A stretch of 64,000 nt of DNA from Octopus sinensis. Taxonomy: Eukaryota. Below the pieces are notes generated by a model, which searched no databases, was not told the DNA's origin, and saw only the letters and a program-made list of their open reading frames with translations. This document shows, one piece after another, positions 1-13,958 of the stretch; the first letter of the stretch is position 1; each line of letters starts with the position of its first letter. The position numbers and the translations under genes were made by a program. Where the stretch lies: positions 13,268,001 through 13,332,000 of the forward strand of contig NC_043006.1 of assembly GCF_006345805.1 (NCBI RefSeq), given 5' to 3'.

Positions 1-875
1 GCTGGCGGAGATTTTGACAGATTTCGACACGATCTTCTTTCTGCTCAGTGGTCAGCTGGCGGGAAACAAACTTGGCAGAAACACGCCGCATCTTCAATTC
101 AAAGGTTAATATTGCCTACACGAAGGCGGCGAGCTGGCTGAAACGTTAGCACGCCGGGCGAAATGCGTAGCCGTATTTCGTCTGCCGTTACGTTCTGAGT
201 TCAAACTCCGCCGAGGTCGACTTTGCCTTTCATCCTTTCGGGGTCGATAAATTAAGTACCAGTTATGCACTGGGGTCGATAATCGACTTAATCCATTTGT
301 CTGTCCTTGTTTGTCCCCCCTGTGTTTAGCCCCTTGTGGGTAGTAAAGAAATAGGTTAAGATTGCTTACACGGACCCATACGACAGACCAACAACATCAG
401 CAATGTCGTTGATCCTCCGACGATCCTCATGCACAAGCTGATGAATGAATTTTCACCCACATTCCCGGGGATGATGCTCATAGTAAGTTTTGCAGGTTGC
501 TCATTGTCTTCAAGGGTCGTTCTTCCGATTTTCAAACCTCCGTGCCCTCGAAACATTGTGTACGTCCCATTGCCTCGTCGCTGTAAGCTTGCCGAAGAAT
601 GCTCAATGCCTCTGTAACAAATTTCCCAGGCTTAATGCAAAATTTCACGTTGGCTCTTTGACACAACTTCCTGTCCATGACAAAGTCGTAGACCACAATC
701 TACACGTGAACACAAAAGCACAAAAATTTCACAACTTGCGAAGTAAAAACACGGATGTCACTCGGCACACTGATCATGAAATTCACTACTAGCTCTCACT
801 GCACACGCAGCCATGTGCTGCCATCTGGTGACGCGCTACAGATATAATCCGTGAACTTTTTTGATACCATGTGTG

Positions 876-877
<2 letters not shown>
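1..877 (-). mobile_element. Decayed mariner transposon (5' TIR region and transposase N-terminus), interrupted by a SINE
   Basis: Minus-strand frames read QRANVKFCIKPGKFVTEALSILRQAYSDEAMGRTQCFE and AILTFELKMRRVSAKFVSRQL-TEQKEDRVEIC (mariner HTH and WVPR-like linker), with stops and frameshifts. A TIR-like end near 840-877 abuts a (TA)n run. Confidence 0.85.
125..352 (+). mobile_element. tRNA-derived SINE, family A (Meta-domain-like core)
   Basis: Head GGCGAGCTGG...GAGTTCAAA (A/B boxes) and core gtcgactttgcctttcatcctttcggggtcgataaattaagtaccag. Flanked by an approx. 20-bp degenerate duplication aggttaa(t/g)attgc(c/t)tacacg (about 103-122 and 353-372). More than 10 related copies in the window. 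Confidence 0.85.
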
Positions 878-938
<61 letters not shown>

Positions 939-984
939 TAAGTGTAAGAATATATATATACACCTATATATATGTGCCTATATA

Positions 985-1368
985 AGGAAGCACTCCATCG
1001 GTTACGACGACGAGGGTTCCGGTTGATCCGATCAACGGAACAGCCTGCTCGTGAAATTAACGTGCAAGTGGCTGAGCACTCCACAGACACGTGAACCCTT
1101 AATGTAGTTCTCGGGGATATTCAGCGTGACACAGAGAGTGACAAGGCCGGCCCCTTGAAATACAGGTACAACAGAAACAGGAAGTAAGAGTGAGAGAAAG
1201 TTGTGGTGAAAGAGTACAGCAGGGATCACCACCATCCCCTGCCGGAGCCTCGTGGAGCTTTAGGTGTTTTCGCTCAATAAACACTCACAACGCCCGGTCT
1301 GGGAATCGAAACCGCGATCCTACGACCGCGAGTCCGCTGCCCTAACCACTGGGCCATTGCGCCTCCAC
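985..1368 (-). mobile_element. tRNA-derived SINE, family C
   Basis: Reverse complement starts GGAGGCGCAATGGCCCAGTGGTTAGGGCAG...GGTTTCGATTCCC. Near-identical copy at 40110-40458. Confidence 0.85.
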
Positions 1369-1469
1369 GCCTATATAAACACACACATACACACACAAAC
1401 ACAAACACACACCTTTTAATAGAGAATAACATTCTTAACGCACTCTGTGACTTTGAAATATTTAAATTT

Positions 1470-1627
1470 ATTTTTGGATACATACACACACATATATGCA
1501 TATATGAATGTGTCTTTGGGTGTGTATGTATGTGCGTGTCCGTACGCGCGTGTGTGTGTCCATATATATGCATATATATCTAGAGACAGACAGACAGATA
1601 AATAGAAAGACAGATCTACATACATTC

Positions 1628-1665
<38 letters not shown>

Positions 1666-1700
1666 ATGTGTGCGTGTGTGTATACACATGTATATATGTA

Positions 1701-1741
<41 letters not shown>

Positions 1742-1877
1742 ATATATATATAGTGATATATACATAGATATATACTTACATACATACTTAAACATATGTA
1801 TAAATATATATATACATCATATATATATACTTATATATATAAATATATATATAACAGGATATATATATATACATATA

Positions 1878-1915
<38 letters not shown>

Positions 1916-1937
1916 TGTGTGTGTGTGTGTGTGTGTT
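1470..1937. repeat. (TA)n/(TG)n microsatellite field
   Basis: Visible dinucleotide runs. Confidence 0.95.
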
Positions 1938-2362
1938 GATCGATGTAATGAAAAGGAAACAATATAAGTGTTGGTTCCAGTATATTACAAGCCGTTTTCC
2001 ATCACGATACAATTATTTGTCAACATCGTGAATTACTACATTTTTCTTATACAATATATTAATGGAGGCGATTGTAACTTTACAGACGTCTTCAAGAGGA
2101 CTATGTTTAAAAGAAAAGAAAAAAAAACAAACAAACAAAAAAACGAGAAAAAAGAACAAACAAAAAATAACAACATAACAACATACTTGGGATATAGTAT
2201 ATATATGAGGTTGGGGAGAAAGTGTGAGGTTTCGGGGAGGAAAGCGTGGGAGTAAGGGAGGAAACATATGTATGGCTTTCGGTAACAAATTTTTATATGG
2301 TTTCGTTATGAAATATCACTGATGGAGATAGAGATACTGATGTAAGCTTAGGAAGGGAAAAG

Positions 2363-2371
2363 GTAGTAGTG

Positions 2372-2405
<34 letters not shown>

Positions 2406-2836
2406 AGGTGAAGGTACTTATAGAAGTTTTAGTGGTGGCAGCGGTGGTGGTGGTGGTGGTGCTAGTGGTGGTGGTGGTGGTGGTGGAAGTGGTGGTCGTT
2501 GTCGTTGTCTTTGTTGCTGTAGTAATGGGTGTAGTAGTAGTAGCAGCAGCAGCAACGCCAGCAACAGCAGCAGTAGTAGTACCAGCAGTTGTAGTTGAGG
2601 TTGTGGTAGTAGTAGTAGTAGCAACTGTAGTAGTAGTAGTAGTAGTAGTAGTAGTACCAGTTGTTGTAGTTGTGGTTGTGGTAGTAGTAGTAGTAGCAGT
2701 AGTAGTAGTGCCAGTTGTTGTAGTTGTAGTGACTGGGGTAGTAGCAGTAGTAGTAGTTGTTGTTGTTGTTGTTGCTGTTGTAGTTGTAGAATAGTAGGAG
2801 TAGTAGTAGTAGTAGCAGCAGCAGTAGTAGTAGTAG
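2363..2836. repeat. Compound (GTA)n/(GTG)n/(GTT)n/(GCA)n trinucleotide repeat
   Basis: Visible trinucleotide runs that produce the poly-Val/poly-Leu ORFs. Confidence 0.95.
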
Positions 2837-2958
2837 TCCCTACATTAATATACAGCCTGAGAGAAGTAGAGCGGATGTGGGCGATTTATTATTTGCTCGC
2901 AATTTCTACAAACGAAAACAAAAGGAAAACAAAAAGAACAAAACCAACACTACCACCA

Positions 2959-2997
<39 letters not shown>

Positions 2998-3523
2998 CTA
3001 TTGCCACCGCCCTAACATCCAGCACGCTAAACCACGTAAGATATGGTACACCTACAACAATAAATACAAAGACCAAAAAGGAAATATGGAGAGCTTCTAA
3101 CAAAAGCATAGAGGAAAGTTGAAAAAGAAACCTTTATGCGTTTCAGGCACGAAGGACCAACCCCCAGAAGGATGTGGTTAAGAAATGTGAGTCTACGACC
3201 AAGGCGGAAGCTGTGAGCGAGACGATGACAAGAACAATAAAAGCAACAGCGACAGCAATAATGCCATCAGCAACAGAAATTATTGACATAACGGCAGCAA
3301 CAATGCCATCGGCAACAACAATATTAGTAGCAACATCGATATTAGCAACAAGAACAACAATAGCAACAACAACCACACCAGTAGCAACAACGAGAACAAT
3401 AACAGCAACTGCAGTGAAGATGGTTGCTTGAACAACGGCAACGATATTATCAACAGCAATAATGCCAACAGCCACAGCAGCAGTAGTAATAGAAACACGA
3501 ACAGCAAAAGTAACGGCATCAAA

Positions 3524-3923
3524 TCTTTATATATAAAAGTAAGGTTGTGTGAGTGTCTGTCTCCTACGATTTAGATTCCTAACTACTCCCACATTTTGCG
3601 GTGCAGTTTAACCAAAACCGGGTATCTTATAGTCGTGATTCATATCGAGCCCTTCTGGGTATTAGCGCGCGTCTACGATGAGTCTACGATTTAAAAAAAA
3701 AATTACCATCAATTCTTCCCATTTTTAATCCATTTTTGGCATATATAAGGGAAGTAACTCTCTAAAAATTTATTATTAAATCTCAGAACGTAAAAAGCTA
3801 CAGTAACACCCCTCCCCCTTTGTGGTTAGCCATATTGAGATGGCTATTATACTTTACATCTCTAAAAATGCTTATATAGTTATTTCCCTTACAAACCCGA
3901 GCAACGCCGGGCAATACTGCTAG
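3524..3923 (+). mobile_element. Non-autonomous Helitron-like element
   Basis: A|TC 5' end (tctttatatataaaagt), subterminal hairpin cccgagcaacgccggg and CTAG|T 3' end. Homologous copies at 13450-13734 and 13959-14342. Confidence 0.8.
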
Positions 3924-3952
3924 TATAGCATAAACAAGGGCAGCAGCAACAG

Positions 3953-4307
3953 TGGAGGCGCAATGGCCCAATGGACTCGCGGTCGGAGGAACGCGGTTTC
4001 GATTCCCAGACCGGGCGTTGTGTGTGTTTATTGAGCAAAAACACCTAAAGTTCCACGAGGTTCCGGCAGAGGATGGTGGCGATCCCCTGTTGTACTCTTT
4101 CGCTCCAACTTTCTCTCAGGCTTTCTTCCTGTTTCTTGTCCCCGACTTCCTATGCAACCGCTGAGCCTGGATGCGCATTCATCCATCCATCGATGCTCTC
4201 GGTGTCGGGGGTTGACCTGCTTTCTCTTCCGCGGGTCTTACGAATAGCAAAGGACCACGTTTCGGACTTCTCCCATCTTGCCAGCTCTGGGACGAAGACC
4301 GTTCGCT
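3953..4307 (+). mobile_element. SINE family C head with a distinct 3' tail
   Basis: Head and body match family C up to about 4135, then the sequence is unrelated to the other family C tails. Confidence 0.75.
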
Positions 4308-4639
4308 CAACAGCAACAGCAGCAACAACAAGAGACCTTTGCGAAACAAAGGCTAAAGTAGACATTTGTGTAATTTTAATGAAGATCATTAAAGGGAGAT
4401 AAATAAATAACACAGGACTTTTTGTCTGGCCTTGCACCGTTTCTATCACTCACTTCTGCAATGGAGACAGCTTCTTACGTTAATAAACGAACACCAAAAA
4501 CGAGCATGACTGTGTAGTTAAGCAGTCTACCTTGCAATCACATGGTTTCGAGTTCAGTCTCACAGCACAGCATCATGAGCAAATTTTCTGCTACAACCGG
4601 ATGACGGCCAAAGTCTTGTAAGTAAATTCGGAAGACAAG

Positions 4640-5192
4640 GATGAAAGACAAAGTCGACCTCAGCGGAATTTGAACTCAGAACGTAAAGATGGATGGAATG
4701 CTACTGAGCACTTTGCCCGGCGTGCTAATGATTCTGCCAGCCCGCCACTTTTAAAACCATGATATAATAATATAATAATTATTTCCTTACTACCCAGAAG
4801 GGGCTAAACGCAGAGAGGACAAACAAGGACAGACAAACGGATTAAGTCGATTACATCGACCCCAGTGTGCAACTGGTACTTAATTTATCGACCCCGAAAG
4901 GATGAAAGGCAAAGTCCACGTCGGCGGAATTTGAACTCAGAACGTAACGGCAAACGAAATACCTATTTCTTTACTACCCACAAGGGGCTAAACACAGAGG
5001 GGACAAACAAGGACAGACAAAGGGATTAAGTCGATTACATCGATCCCAGTCCGTAACTGGTACTTATTTAATCGACCTCGAAAGGATGAAAGGCAAAGTC
5101 GACCTCGGCGGAATTTGAACTCAGAACGTAACGGCAGACGAAATACCGCAAAGCATTTCGCCCGGCGTGCTAACGATTCTGCCAGCTCGCCA
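4640..5192 (-). mobile_element. Tandem array of SINE family A units
   Basis: Three partial or complete family A units, including a head-less unit joined at ...gaaatacc|tatttctttactacc. Confidence 0.85.
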
Positions 5193-5544
5193 TCTTTAAA
5201 ACCATGATATAATAATGGTAGGGCATGGAAGGAAATATTTGAGAGGAATTTAGCTGAATATTCTACAGCCATCGAAGGAGTTTCTACATGGTATCTAGAC
5301 TTGCAGTAGACTAGAACTAACTCTTTTTCAAATCGTGCCCAACCACCTAAAAGTTTAAAGGAAGCATTTATTAATGTAGCCCTGCATATGCAATGCTCGC
5401 GAGGAGACCTTAATGATCGTAGTCGTAACCCCTTGAATAGGTCAGTTTCAGCTTATAATGACATCGGGTAGCCTCCGCTGCCCACAGACACAGAGCTGGA
5501 AATCTGTAAAGAAAAGGATACAGCTGATAAAGTCAACCTCAGTA

Positions 5545-5782
5545 CAGCAGCAGCAGTAGCAGTAGTAGTAGTAGTAGTAACGATAGCAGCAGCAGCTTAT
5601 GTAGTAGTAGTAGTAGTAGTAGTATCAGCAGCAGAAGAAGTGGTGGTGGTGGTGGTAGTAGTAGTAGTAGTAGTTGATGTTGTCGTAGTTGTTCTTGTTG
5701 TAACAGCAGCAGTAGAATAGTAGTAGTGTTAGCAGCAGAAGTGGTGGTGGTGGTGGTGTTGGTGGTGTTGGTGGTGGTGGTG

Positions 5783-5835
<53 letters not shown>

Positions 5836-5870
5836 CGTTCATTTTGTAATAACAGCAACGGCAGTAGCAG
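5545..5870. repeat. (GTA)n/(GTG)n/(GCA)n trinucleotide repeat
   Basis: Visible runs. Confidence 0.95.
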
Positions 5871-6683
5871 CATTGGATATTTTTACGAAACCCGGTGAAA
5901 CATTAAAATAATACCCGAGCACGATTCGAACTCAAAACATAAAAACTTAAAATACATCAAGGCTTGCATCTGGAAAAGACCTACTATTTCCAACCGGTAT
6001 TACATGGTTTTCGAAAAAAAAAACCCCAAAAAATGGATATTATTAATAACGTGTAACATATTACCGTCGTCGCCACCAAGGTGCCGAAATCTAAAAGAAT
6101 ACGCAGATAATTTTACTGATATATATTCTTTCAGAAAAAAAAAATATATTTCTCCCGTGGTGAATGATGTAATATGTCGAAGCGATCAATGATGGCGACG
6201 GTTTTTACGATAATCTGATTGTTACATCAACAATGACAACACTAGTATCACCTGCATAAAAGTAATCGATAATTCGCTTTAATATATTCGCTAAGGAATC
6301 TTTGTTAAAAACAATCCGAATGTGAACTTTCGGTGAATACTAAAGCTCTGAAAATTCTTCGGTTTTCTTTACAATGCTGTTCCTTGAAATCGTGTTTTGC
6401 TATCGTGTATGTGTGGTGGTGGTGGTGGTGGTGGTGGTGGTGGTGGAGTGGTGGGGCCTATCTATCTATTAATCTGTTTATATGAATTAGCTGGCCGAAA
6501 CTTCGAGGTCACTGTCAATACTATTCTATTTGAAGAAGAAGAAGAAGAAGAAGAAGAAGAAGAAGAAATTTGCATTCGGCAAAAGCATGGGGTAATCTTT
6601 CAGGTTAATGTAAAATTGTTTTTATTATAACTGAACATTAAGAACAAAAATATAAATATGTGTGTGTAACATATGTATACATA

Positions 6684-6734
<51 letters not shown>

Positions 6735-6737
6735 ATA

Positions 6738-6816
6738 TATTCTGTTGTGTCTGGGGAGAGTCATTCTCTTTTAGTGCCTTATTATTTAACACACTCTCCC
6801 CAGATACAACAGAATA
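6738..6816. repeat. Short inverted repeat (approx. 24-bp arms) adjoining (TA)n
   Basis: tattctgttgtgtctggggagagt ... actctccccagatacaacagaata. Confidence 0.8.
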
Positions 6817-7001
6817 TGCTTCAACACACGAACTCATAAAGAATCTTGCAAACTAAATCCCAAAACGAAATATATATATATATATTAATGGCCAGCATAT
6901 TAAAAATACCTTTAAAGGTTAAAATAATAAACAACTTATATGTATGTGTATATATATATATATATATATAGATATAGATATATGTATGTATGCATATATA
7001 T

Positions 7002-7078
<77 letters not shown>

Positions 7079-7205
7079 ATATATGTATATATACATTGAA
7101 AGAGAGAGCGGAAAGAAGGATCCTTTTCATTAGGCTTGTCTCAAACCGCATACTTTCTTTGTCATATTTTGAACTAAATTGATGTAGTGACTTACCAGCC
7201 TCTCA

Positions 7206-7273
<68 letters not shown>

Positions 7274-8379
7274 TCTAGAATCATATATTTGTTATTTCTT
7301 TGAAGCGATGGTTTTTCGTAAGTTCTGTTACCTGGAATTTTAGAAACTTGCACTATAGTCTCCGGTATTAACGATGAACTCACTACAACTACATGCTGAA
7401 GCATATATAAATTGAAAGTTTATACACACTCGCTGATGCAATATATTTTCTTTCTGTGTTTTTTTTTTGGGGGGGGGGGACCTCTTATGGGGAGATATAT
7501 CATTTGGTAATCCGAAATATATAATCTAATTCGCGCTTACATTGAATCATTGTCAGTATAACGTTGTAAAACACCTCGAATCTAGCTATCATCTCATCTT
7601 CTTTATTGGCCTCTATTTTTAAAATCTAAACACATTTGTAGCGAATGTTTCATGCTGCTATATTCGTTGTATGATGCACAGATTTACAGTTTGATTTCGT
7701 TGTTATGACATCACTTTTCGAGTCAATTATTGCACCATTTAGTTAATCTGTTGAGAGGACACAAGGATCAGCAGCTAAGCAAATGTCATCACTTCCTACA
7801 CTAATAAGCGCGAATGTCATCTCGTTGATCTAGTCAGACAAACTTGTACAAAAAAGTGACTATTCAACTTATCTAATCAATCACTAGTAGACCTATTTCT
7901 TTACTACCCACAAGGGGCTAAACACAGAGAGGACAAACAAGGACAGACAAGCGGATTAACTGGTACTTATTTAATCGACCCGCTCACCTGCGACGGACCA
8001 GCGTCCCGTCCAGGAGGGTGGGAGGACCTTTACGCCAAGGAAACCAGGAAACAGGCCCTAATGAGCCAGGCATGGCTCGAGAAGGAACAAAAAAGGATAT
8101 TGCTTAATTCTCTTTCCCAAGACGGAATAGTTGGCTTACGTGGGAATCTTTACTCAATGACATACGCTCCACATGCTCAGCTATTCTAGAAATAGCTGCA
8201 AGAGACTTTACGCATTATCTCTTAATCCTTCATTTACTATAGCTACTCTGCATCACGTTTGAATTATAAATTAAATGCGCTAAAGTGATACCTCATGTTT
8301 TACATGTTCATTCTATTTTTCTAATATGTGTGTGTGTGTGTGTTTCTTTATTTAAAGTAAGATTTTTTTATAATTTATT

Positions 8380-8597
8380 TCTTTGTTACCCACAAGGGGC
8401 TAAACATACAGGGGACAAACAAGGATAGATTAACGGATTAAGTCGACTCCGGTGCGTTACTGGTACTTAATTTATCGACCCCGAAAGGATGAAAGGCAAA
8501 GTTGACCTCGACGGAATTTGAACTTAGAAGGTAACGGCAGACGAAATACGGCAACGCATTTCGCCTGGCGTGCTAACGATTCTGAAGCTCGCCGCCT
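8380..8597 (-). mobile_element. SINE family A
   Basis: Homology to 125-352 in reverse orientation. Confidence 0.85.
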
Positions 8598-8696
8598 TAA
8601 GGTTTTTTTATAATTATTAACTGTTTTAAAAAATTGTTTAGAGAACAGAATGTCACAATCCTTTGAGAAGAAGTTTTCGTACACTGTTTTTACACG

Positions 8697-8736
<40 letters not shown>

Positions 8737-9011
8737 ACACGCAATATATCGTATAATTATAAATAGGGCAAATTTGAACCATTTCTCCGCAGACTGTAAA
8801 ATGATGAATAACCTTAATCGATTTTCGAACCTTACTGAGTTCTCATCAAAGGTGTTCACAACATTTTGACAATCTCCAGAGAAACAAGCAGCCAAGCTGT
8901 ATATATATTCAATAAATGCAGCAGTTAATCTATGAAGGAGTCCTTAATTTGCATACCGAAAGTGTTTAACACTATAAATACCAGCGGCCTGTCAACATAT
9001 AGATATATATA

Positions 9012-9460
9012 TAAGCAAAAATTTAAATTTAGATGAATTAGGTACTTAAGTTGAGGTACCAGAATTTAGTACGGTATTATCCATACAGTTGCAAAATAAT
9101 GTGATTAAAATCAAAATAAGCAACAGAATATCCAGAGGTAATGCAGTACGATCGTTTCAAGCGACTCCATTTAATTGAACAATGCAACTATTACATCAAT
9201 TTAAATGCAGAGCAATCCTCAGCTGTATCTGAACCAAAAACTTCGAAGCCATCAAAAGAGAAAAGGAAGAAATCGAACGATAGAAGAGAAAGACTCGACA
9301 AAATCAAACTCGTCCCTCACCAACATTATCAAGCAGTCAATGCCATCAACTCTTCTATGCAAAAATTGGACTACTTAGTCATCAGCACATTCATCATTAA
9401 AGGAAGTGTTCAGCAATAAAGAAACTAAATTCTCAGACACGCGATAAAGCCGATGACGAT
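9012..9460 (-). mobile_element. Penelope-type non-autonomous/pLTR fragment carrying a hammerhead-like motif
   Basis: 9012-9230 is homologous, in inverted orientation, to 14780-15000. Both copies end at (TA)n and contain CUGANGA...GAAAC..GUA. Confidence 0.65.
9141..9228 (-). ncRNA. Type I hammerhead ribozyme-like motif
   Basis: Minus strand: auacag CUGAGGA [long stem II] GAAAC GAUC GUA cugcau. Palindromic stem III ACGAUCGU, GUA cleavage triplet, stem I with one mismatch. Confidence 0.65.
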
Positions 9461-9614
9461 ATACATATATATAAGGAGGAGAAGGCGGAGGAGTATAATG
9501 ATGATGATGATGATGAATATAATCTATCTGGTAGTGCTGGCAATAGCTACATAACATATATAGAACCATACCATGCTTATGTATACTACTACGCTATGTT
9601 CACTATATAGTATA

Positions 9615-10004
9615 CTAGCAGTATCGCCCGGCGTTGCTCGGGTTTGTTTCAACCCTTTAAAATTGGAATTTTTCAAAAGTAAAAATTTTGCATTATGTAG
9701 CTTGTTATTTTCTTTAAGTGAACATTTTTCTGGTTGAAATATACCGAAAAATGACGACACAGCAGTCAAAAAATCGTAAAAAATATGGATTTTCATAAAA
9801 AAAAAAGCACCGTTTTGATGTAAATAATTTTTGGTCTTAACATGGTCTGATTTAGATTTTATCTTCTACGGAAGGAAGAGCAAGCCTTCTATCATACTTT
9901 CAATTTTGGTCAACTTGCACCGCCGGGTCTCGGAGGAGATAGTGTTAGTTGAAGGCTACCAAACCTGCCATACACATACAACTTCAGCTTTATATATAGA
10001 GAGA
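9615..10004 (-). mobile_element. Non-autonomous Helitron-like element (second subfamily)
   Basis: The same cccgagcaacgccgggcgatactgCTAG terminus in reverse, with a TC...tatatataaag 5' end. Confidence 0.75.
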
Positions 10005-11382
10005 TAATATATTCTATATTTAATTATACAAAGCGTTTTAGACGACTACTTATTGAATTTTCATTGAAAATTCTCGAGTATAATCATATTCATATGTGAA
10101 ACCTGAATAATACCATACCAGTGTAGATAAATATTTTATGGAATATTTTTACATTTTGTTCGTTTAGATACATGACCTTATCAAGGCTAGAAATATTTTC
10201 AATATTGATAGTAGCATACATTAGCGGGTTTTAAAATAAGAATGCTATTGTTATTTTTGTTTAATACCTATTACAATGCAAGTGTTTTCTTTTGTATATT
10301 CATTGCTTAAACCATTGTAATTTAACAATAGAAAATATTGGTAGGTTGCAGACATGTAAAAATGATACCAAAGATATGAAATCTTTGCTTGAATGCTAGT
10401 ATACTCAGGTGATTATAGATAATCAAATCATGACAGTTGATATAGTAAATTTTGTTAGTGCACACGTTATATATTATTCTTTAATAAATACTTTCTATTC
10501 AGTTTTATTTCCTGAGTTCTTTGCATTCTCTTAAAGGTGTTTGTGGTCATCATTGAGAATGTAGGCAGCTTACAATGTTTATGATTTAAACAACGTCTTA
10601 CAAAATATACATTTGATTTTAAGCAATAGTTCTTCATTGATTTTTCTCTTCAATAGATGTCGCTGAAATAGTTCTTCTTTGTTACCGCACACTTCAGATC
10701 GAAATAGTGTTACAACCATAATTTTATATGCGTTGATGCTTAATATAAATTCAGTGAAAACTAATATAGTAATTGAAAATGTTTCTGTATAAATATAAAA
10801 ACATTAATAAAGCAATCAAATTTATGTTCAATATGAATAAGTCGTGGTTAAGCTTAAATTCTATATATGCAGTGTCAAATTTTTACCTTTGAGATTTAAA
10901 TCTTAGCATATTTCAGTATGTTGCTGTTTCTTATTCACAACTAGTACCAAACACAGTCTTGTTAAATGTCAATTTGATAGAAACAAAGAAAATTTCAACA
11001 AATATTTAACACCACGGAAATAAAAGCTATATATTACTATAAAAAATCATTTTATGTACGTGCAGAGATATGCGTGCGCGTGTTTGTGTGTGTATGTATG
11101 TGTGTGTGTATGTTTGTATGTATGCATGTATATATATATAATATATATATATATATAATATATATATATACGCGAGAAAGAAGCAACAAGAATGGATAGG
11201 TTTTTAGTACAATCGTTCATAAAAGGACAGGCTTTATTAAAAGTTGCAACTAGATAGATAGATAGACAGACAGACACACAGACAGGTGGATAGATAGATA
11301 TATTTATATATAAATATATAAAGAGAAACGGAGAAAAAGAAAATTACTCTTATATATATGTCTGAGTGCGTATCTACTATCT

Positions 11383-11435
<53 letters not shown>

Positions 11436-12037
11436 ATTTGGGTTATAATCTTATAGTGTACTTTCCAAAGCTCCTCTTCGGGTATCTGGGTATCGGCTAC
11501 CAAATGTTATCATAAGGTAGGACTTCTGTTACTTGGTATATATGTGGGAACCGAAAATATCCATAGAATATAAACAAACAAATATTAATACGAGAAAATA
11601 GATTCAACAGACTTTATCACGAATCACTACAATTGTTTCAATGCATCATTATCAGCTGTATGTTGCTGAATGTTACATAAATTGTACTCCACGTTGTATT
11701 GATATGATTCAACAAAAGCTATATTCATGCACATCCTCGAGTGACGAGAGTCAAAGTACTGCTTATCATCTTTAGTTGATGCGCATATACCTACACCAAG
11801 AACTATTTTAAGTATTCCACCAACAAAGAGGAACAAGGAAGTACAGAGAGGTACAAATGAGAGGGAAAAAAGCAATTAAGGGAAAAAAAAAAAAGAAAGA
11901 ATAAAGGAATCGTATATTCATTCGATTTTTAATCACATACTAGTTTAGAATTTTAGGAAAATAAAAGAACATTTAAAGAAAATAGAAATATTAAAATTAC
12001 TAAGTCTCTCTAAAGGAGATTACGGCAGCGTTACTGG

Positions 12038-12303
12038 ATATTAATAGTTATCGCCATACTAATATGGTAGTCTATAAATATAAGACTAAAGCTGTCGCTG
12101 ATTAGCTCCAAGAGGCCATCGCCTCTAGCTAGCTATTTGACTAACGAACCTGCGTCCATTACAAACCTTCGAAGGTTTGTAATGGACGCAGGTTCGTGTG
12201 TCAAATAGCTAGCTAGAGGCGATGGCCTCTTGGAGCTAATCAGCGACAGCTTTAGTCTTATATTTATAGACTACCATATTAGTATGGCGATAACTATTAA
12301 TAT
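12038..12303. repeat. Spacer-less palindrome, 133-bp arms, 2 mismatches
   Basis: Checked block by block; centre at 12170|12171 (acaaaccttc|gaaggtttgt). The arm is homologous to the repeat at 41938-42448. Confidence 0.95.
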
Positions 12304-12563
12304 TTAAAGAAAAGATTCTTATAAAATGTTAACCTTTAAAAATAACCGTCCCTTGAGTCTGTTACCGTTCCACTTCAAAGAAAACCAGTTCACTTCCTCA
12401 GTAGAATACCAAAATCTGTCACCTTATAATTTCAAATATATAGTATCAGCACCACAGTCTTTACTCTGTCATTTTCAAGTCATTAAAGGATGCTATTGAA
12501 CAAACAAATTTACTTACAGACACACGTACATATACATTTATTCAACGTTAATGCATGTATATA

Positions 12564-12780
12564 TCTATTATATAAAATCCGTTCTGTCTGTCTGTGTGTG
12601 TGTCTTCCAGGATCTCGGGCATCCTCAATCCGATTGCGCTCAAATTTGATATGTAGATACCGACGGTATCAGGGCATGTATAAGTCTTGAAAAGTTACAA
12701 AAATCGATTCCAGGAGAGAATGCGATCGATAAAGCCGTTTTTGTCCTGCTTTTCTCCCGCCAACCTGTACATAACTGCAC
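12564..12780 (+). mobile_element. Helitron/HINE-like 5' portion
   Basis: tctattatataaaat start followed by gtct/gt microsatellite and ccgatt..ctcaaattt, typical of this class. The 3' end was not found. Confidence 0.5.
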
Positions 12781-13449
12781 CTTCCATTTTTTGTTGTTTT
12801 TGTACTGCCAAGCTTACTGTTTAAACCATTTTTTGTGTTCTTCCAGTCAACAGCGTTTTCATTACTGGCATTTTAAACTCTTCGGTTGCATATTTGTGTG
12901 AATAAAATCGTTTTTCTTTGGTATAGAAAAAAGTCTATCTTGTTTCTTGTTTTGCTGGTGTCTCAAATTTAGGTTAAATCAATGTTTCTCAAAGAGGAGG
13001 CGTATGGGACGGCCGGACAGGTTGTTTTGAGAAAATTTGGTTTAAATGTTTGACAACTCAGCACCGTCCATTGGACGGGGAGCGTTTTGCTCGTACAAAC
13101 ATATTTATCTCCACTTAAAATTGGATGTTCTGTTAGAAAAAAAACTATACTGCCGTAGTTACCATGAAATAAACTCTCACATTGGCTTTTGGTGCAAAAT
13201 GCACCCTTGTTTATATCGCTAGCGGGGGAGATAAATTCCTACCATCTCCAGCACCGAAACCCACAGATCACATGGTTTCGAATTTTCTTAATGTGAATCT
13301 AATAGAAATGTATTATTCGGCAAGGTGATATAGTGGGTAAATTTCTATTAGATTCACACTTAACCTATACAAAACCATACTGTTATAATTCACTATCTAT
13401 TTTATAGCAAAAGTAAAGTACATTCTTGAGTCATTCACATGCAGAAAAA

Positions 13450-13734
13450 CTTTATATATAAAGTGTGTGTGTCTGTCTACTCTGATTTAGATTCCAAACT
13501 ACTCCCACATTTTGCGGTGCAGTTTAACCAAAAGCGGGTATCTTATAGTCGTGATTCATATCGAGCCCTTCTGGGTATTAGCACGCGTCTACGATGAGTC
13601 TACGATTTAAAAAAAAATTTACCATCATTTTTCCACATTTTTAATGCATTTTTTGCTCGGTTTATATAAGGGAAGTAACTCTCTAAAAATGCTTATATAG
13701 TTATTTTCCGAGCAACGCCGGGCGATACTGCTAG
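13450..13734 (+). mobile_element. Non-autonomous Helitron-like element
   Basis: High similarity to 3524-3923; hairpin plus CTAG|T end. Confidence 0.8.
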
Positions 13735-13958
13735 TAAATGATATGTCTAGTATATTCCTTTAATTTAACTCATTAATACAAATAAATTACTATTCACTAA
13801 CTAACTATAAATTTATATTAATAATAATTTGATGTATATTTATATTAATAATAATTTGATGTATATTTATATAAATATGAAATTATTTTCATACTCTCCA
13901 ACCCTATATAAGATACTAAAATTATTAGAATCCTTTGAAAAAAGCTATTTAAAAGATA

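Noticed and set aside
2369-3522. Poly-Val and Thr/Ala mucin-like ORFs
   Set aside because: They derive from trinucleotide low-complexity DNA and have no convincing splice or domain context.
11458-11517. Plus-strand 60-nt ag...gt candidate exon
   Set aside because: Weak polypyrimidine tract, no partner exon and no recognisable peptide.
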